Assembly: GCF_006345805.1 (NCBI RefSeq)
Contig: NC_042999.1
Coordinates: forward strand, 107,880,001 to 107,944,000
Length of the DNA: 64,000 nt
Reading direction: 5' to 3'
Origin: Octopus sinensis
Lineage: Eukaryota
The position numbers and the translations under genes are program-made. The notes under the pieces are model-generated. The model did not search any database and was not told the DNA's origin. It saw only the letters and a list, made by a program, of their open reading frames with translations. Shown piece by piece: positions 63,306 through 64,000 of this stretch. Position 1 is the first letter of the stretch, and every line of letters begins with the position of its first letter.

Positions 63306-64000
63306 ATATACCCTGCTCTGTGGTAGTTTGAGGTGCAAAGACCTTACTTGAAAACATATAAATGCTGGCATTTGGAAAGAAATCTGGCCATAGAATACTG
63401 CATTAAGACTTCACAAACCACCCATGCCATGAGAGATAATACTAACAAAAGCTTCATGATATTGATGATGATGGCCTTTCTATTGCTATTATTATTATTC
63501 TTGCATATGCAACAGATCTTGGCCAGTCTCACCAGATTATAAGTTTTTACCCTTTATATTTAATAAGTTGTAGATTAGAAAAAATAGTTTTTTCAAAGTT
63601 TAGATTAAAATATGGCATATATAAAACATGAAAATTTAACCAAAGAAAACGCAAGCAAAAAAACAAAACAAAACAAAATTTACTTTATTCTATGTAACTA
63701 TATTTTAAAGAATGTTGCTATATATTTGTTTGAAATCCTCTTTATAAAAGATTATCTTAGGAAAGATTCATGCTTTCAAAGAATACAAAGGGAAATATGG
63801 ATTCAGACTGAAGATTTTATATTGAAATATCTCAAGAATTGCTATTTTAAGAAAAGTTAAAAATAAATAATTATTCACTTCAATGATCATATTGTCTTTT
63901 CATACTGCAGTATATAGTTTTAAATATTTCTATTATCTCTACATCATCATCATCTTTATTTTCTACTTTCACCTTTTCCAGATGGTACATTTTGAGTGTG

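Overview
AT-rich eukaryotic DNA dense in repeats. The SINE families resemble those I recognise from Octopus (cephalopod) genomes; this is inferred, not verified. I could not support any host protein-coding exon or true tRNA/rRNA gene, and there is no CRISPR array. The window reads as a large intron or intergenic tract. It holds at least six SINE-like families (labelled A-F here), a young 5'-truncated CR1-clade LINE with an intact RT ORF (10561-12150, minus), and fossils of hAT (Buster/Charlie-like), Helitron, mariner, RTE, R4/Dong-like and CR1/L2 elements, plus MITEs, foldback palindromes, minisatellites and microsatellites. The most notable signal is minimal type I hammerhead ribozyme (HHR) folds with palindromic stem III, the form known from Penelope-like elements. 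They occur in three unrelated non-coding repeat families (five motifs). One family is a tRNA-headed SINE-like element (family F), suggesting a SINE that carries a ribozyme and may be mobilised by a Penelope-like element. All coordinates were read by eye; SINE boundaries are approximate.
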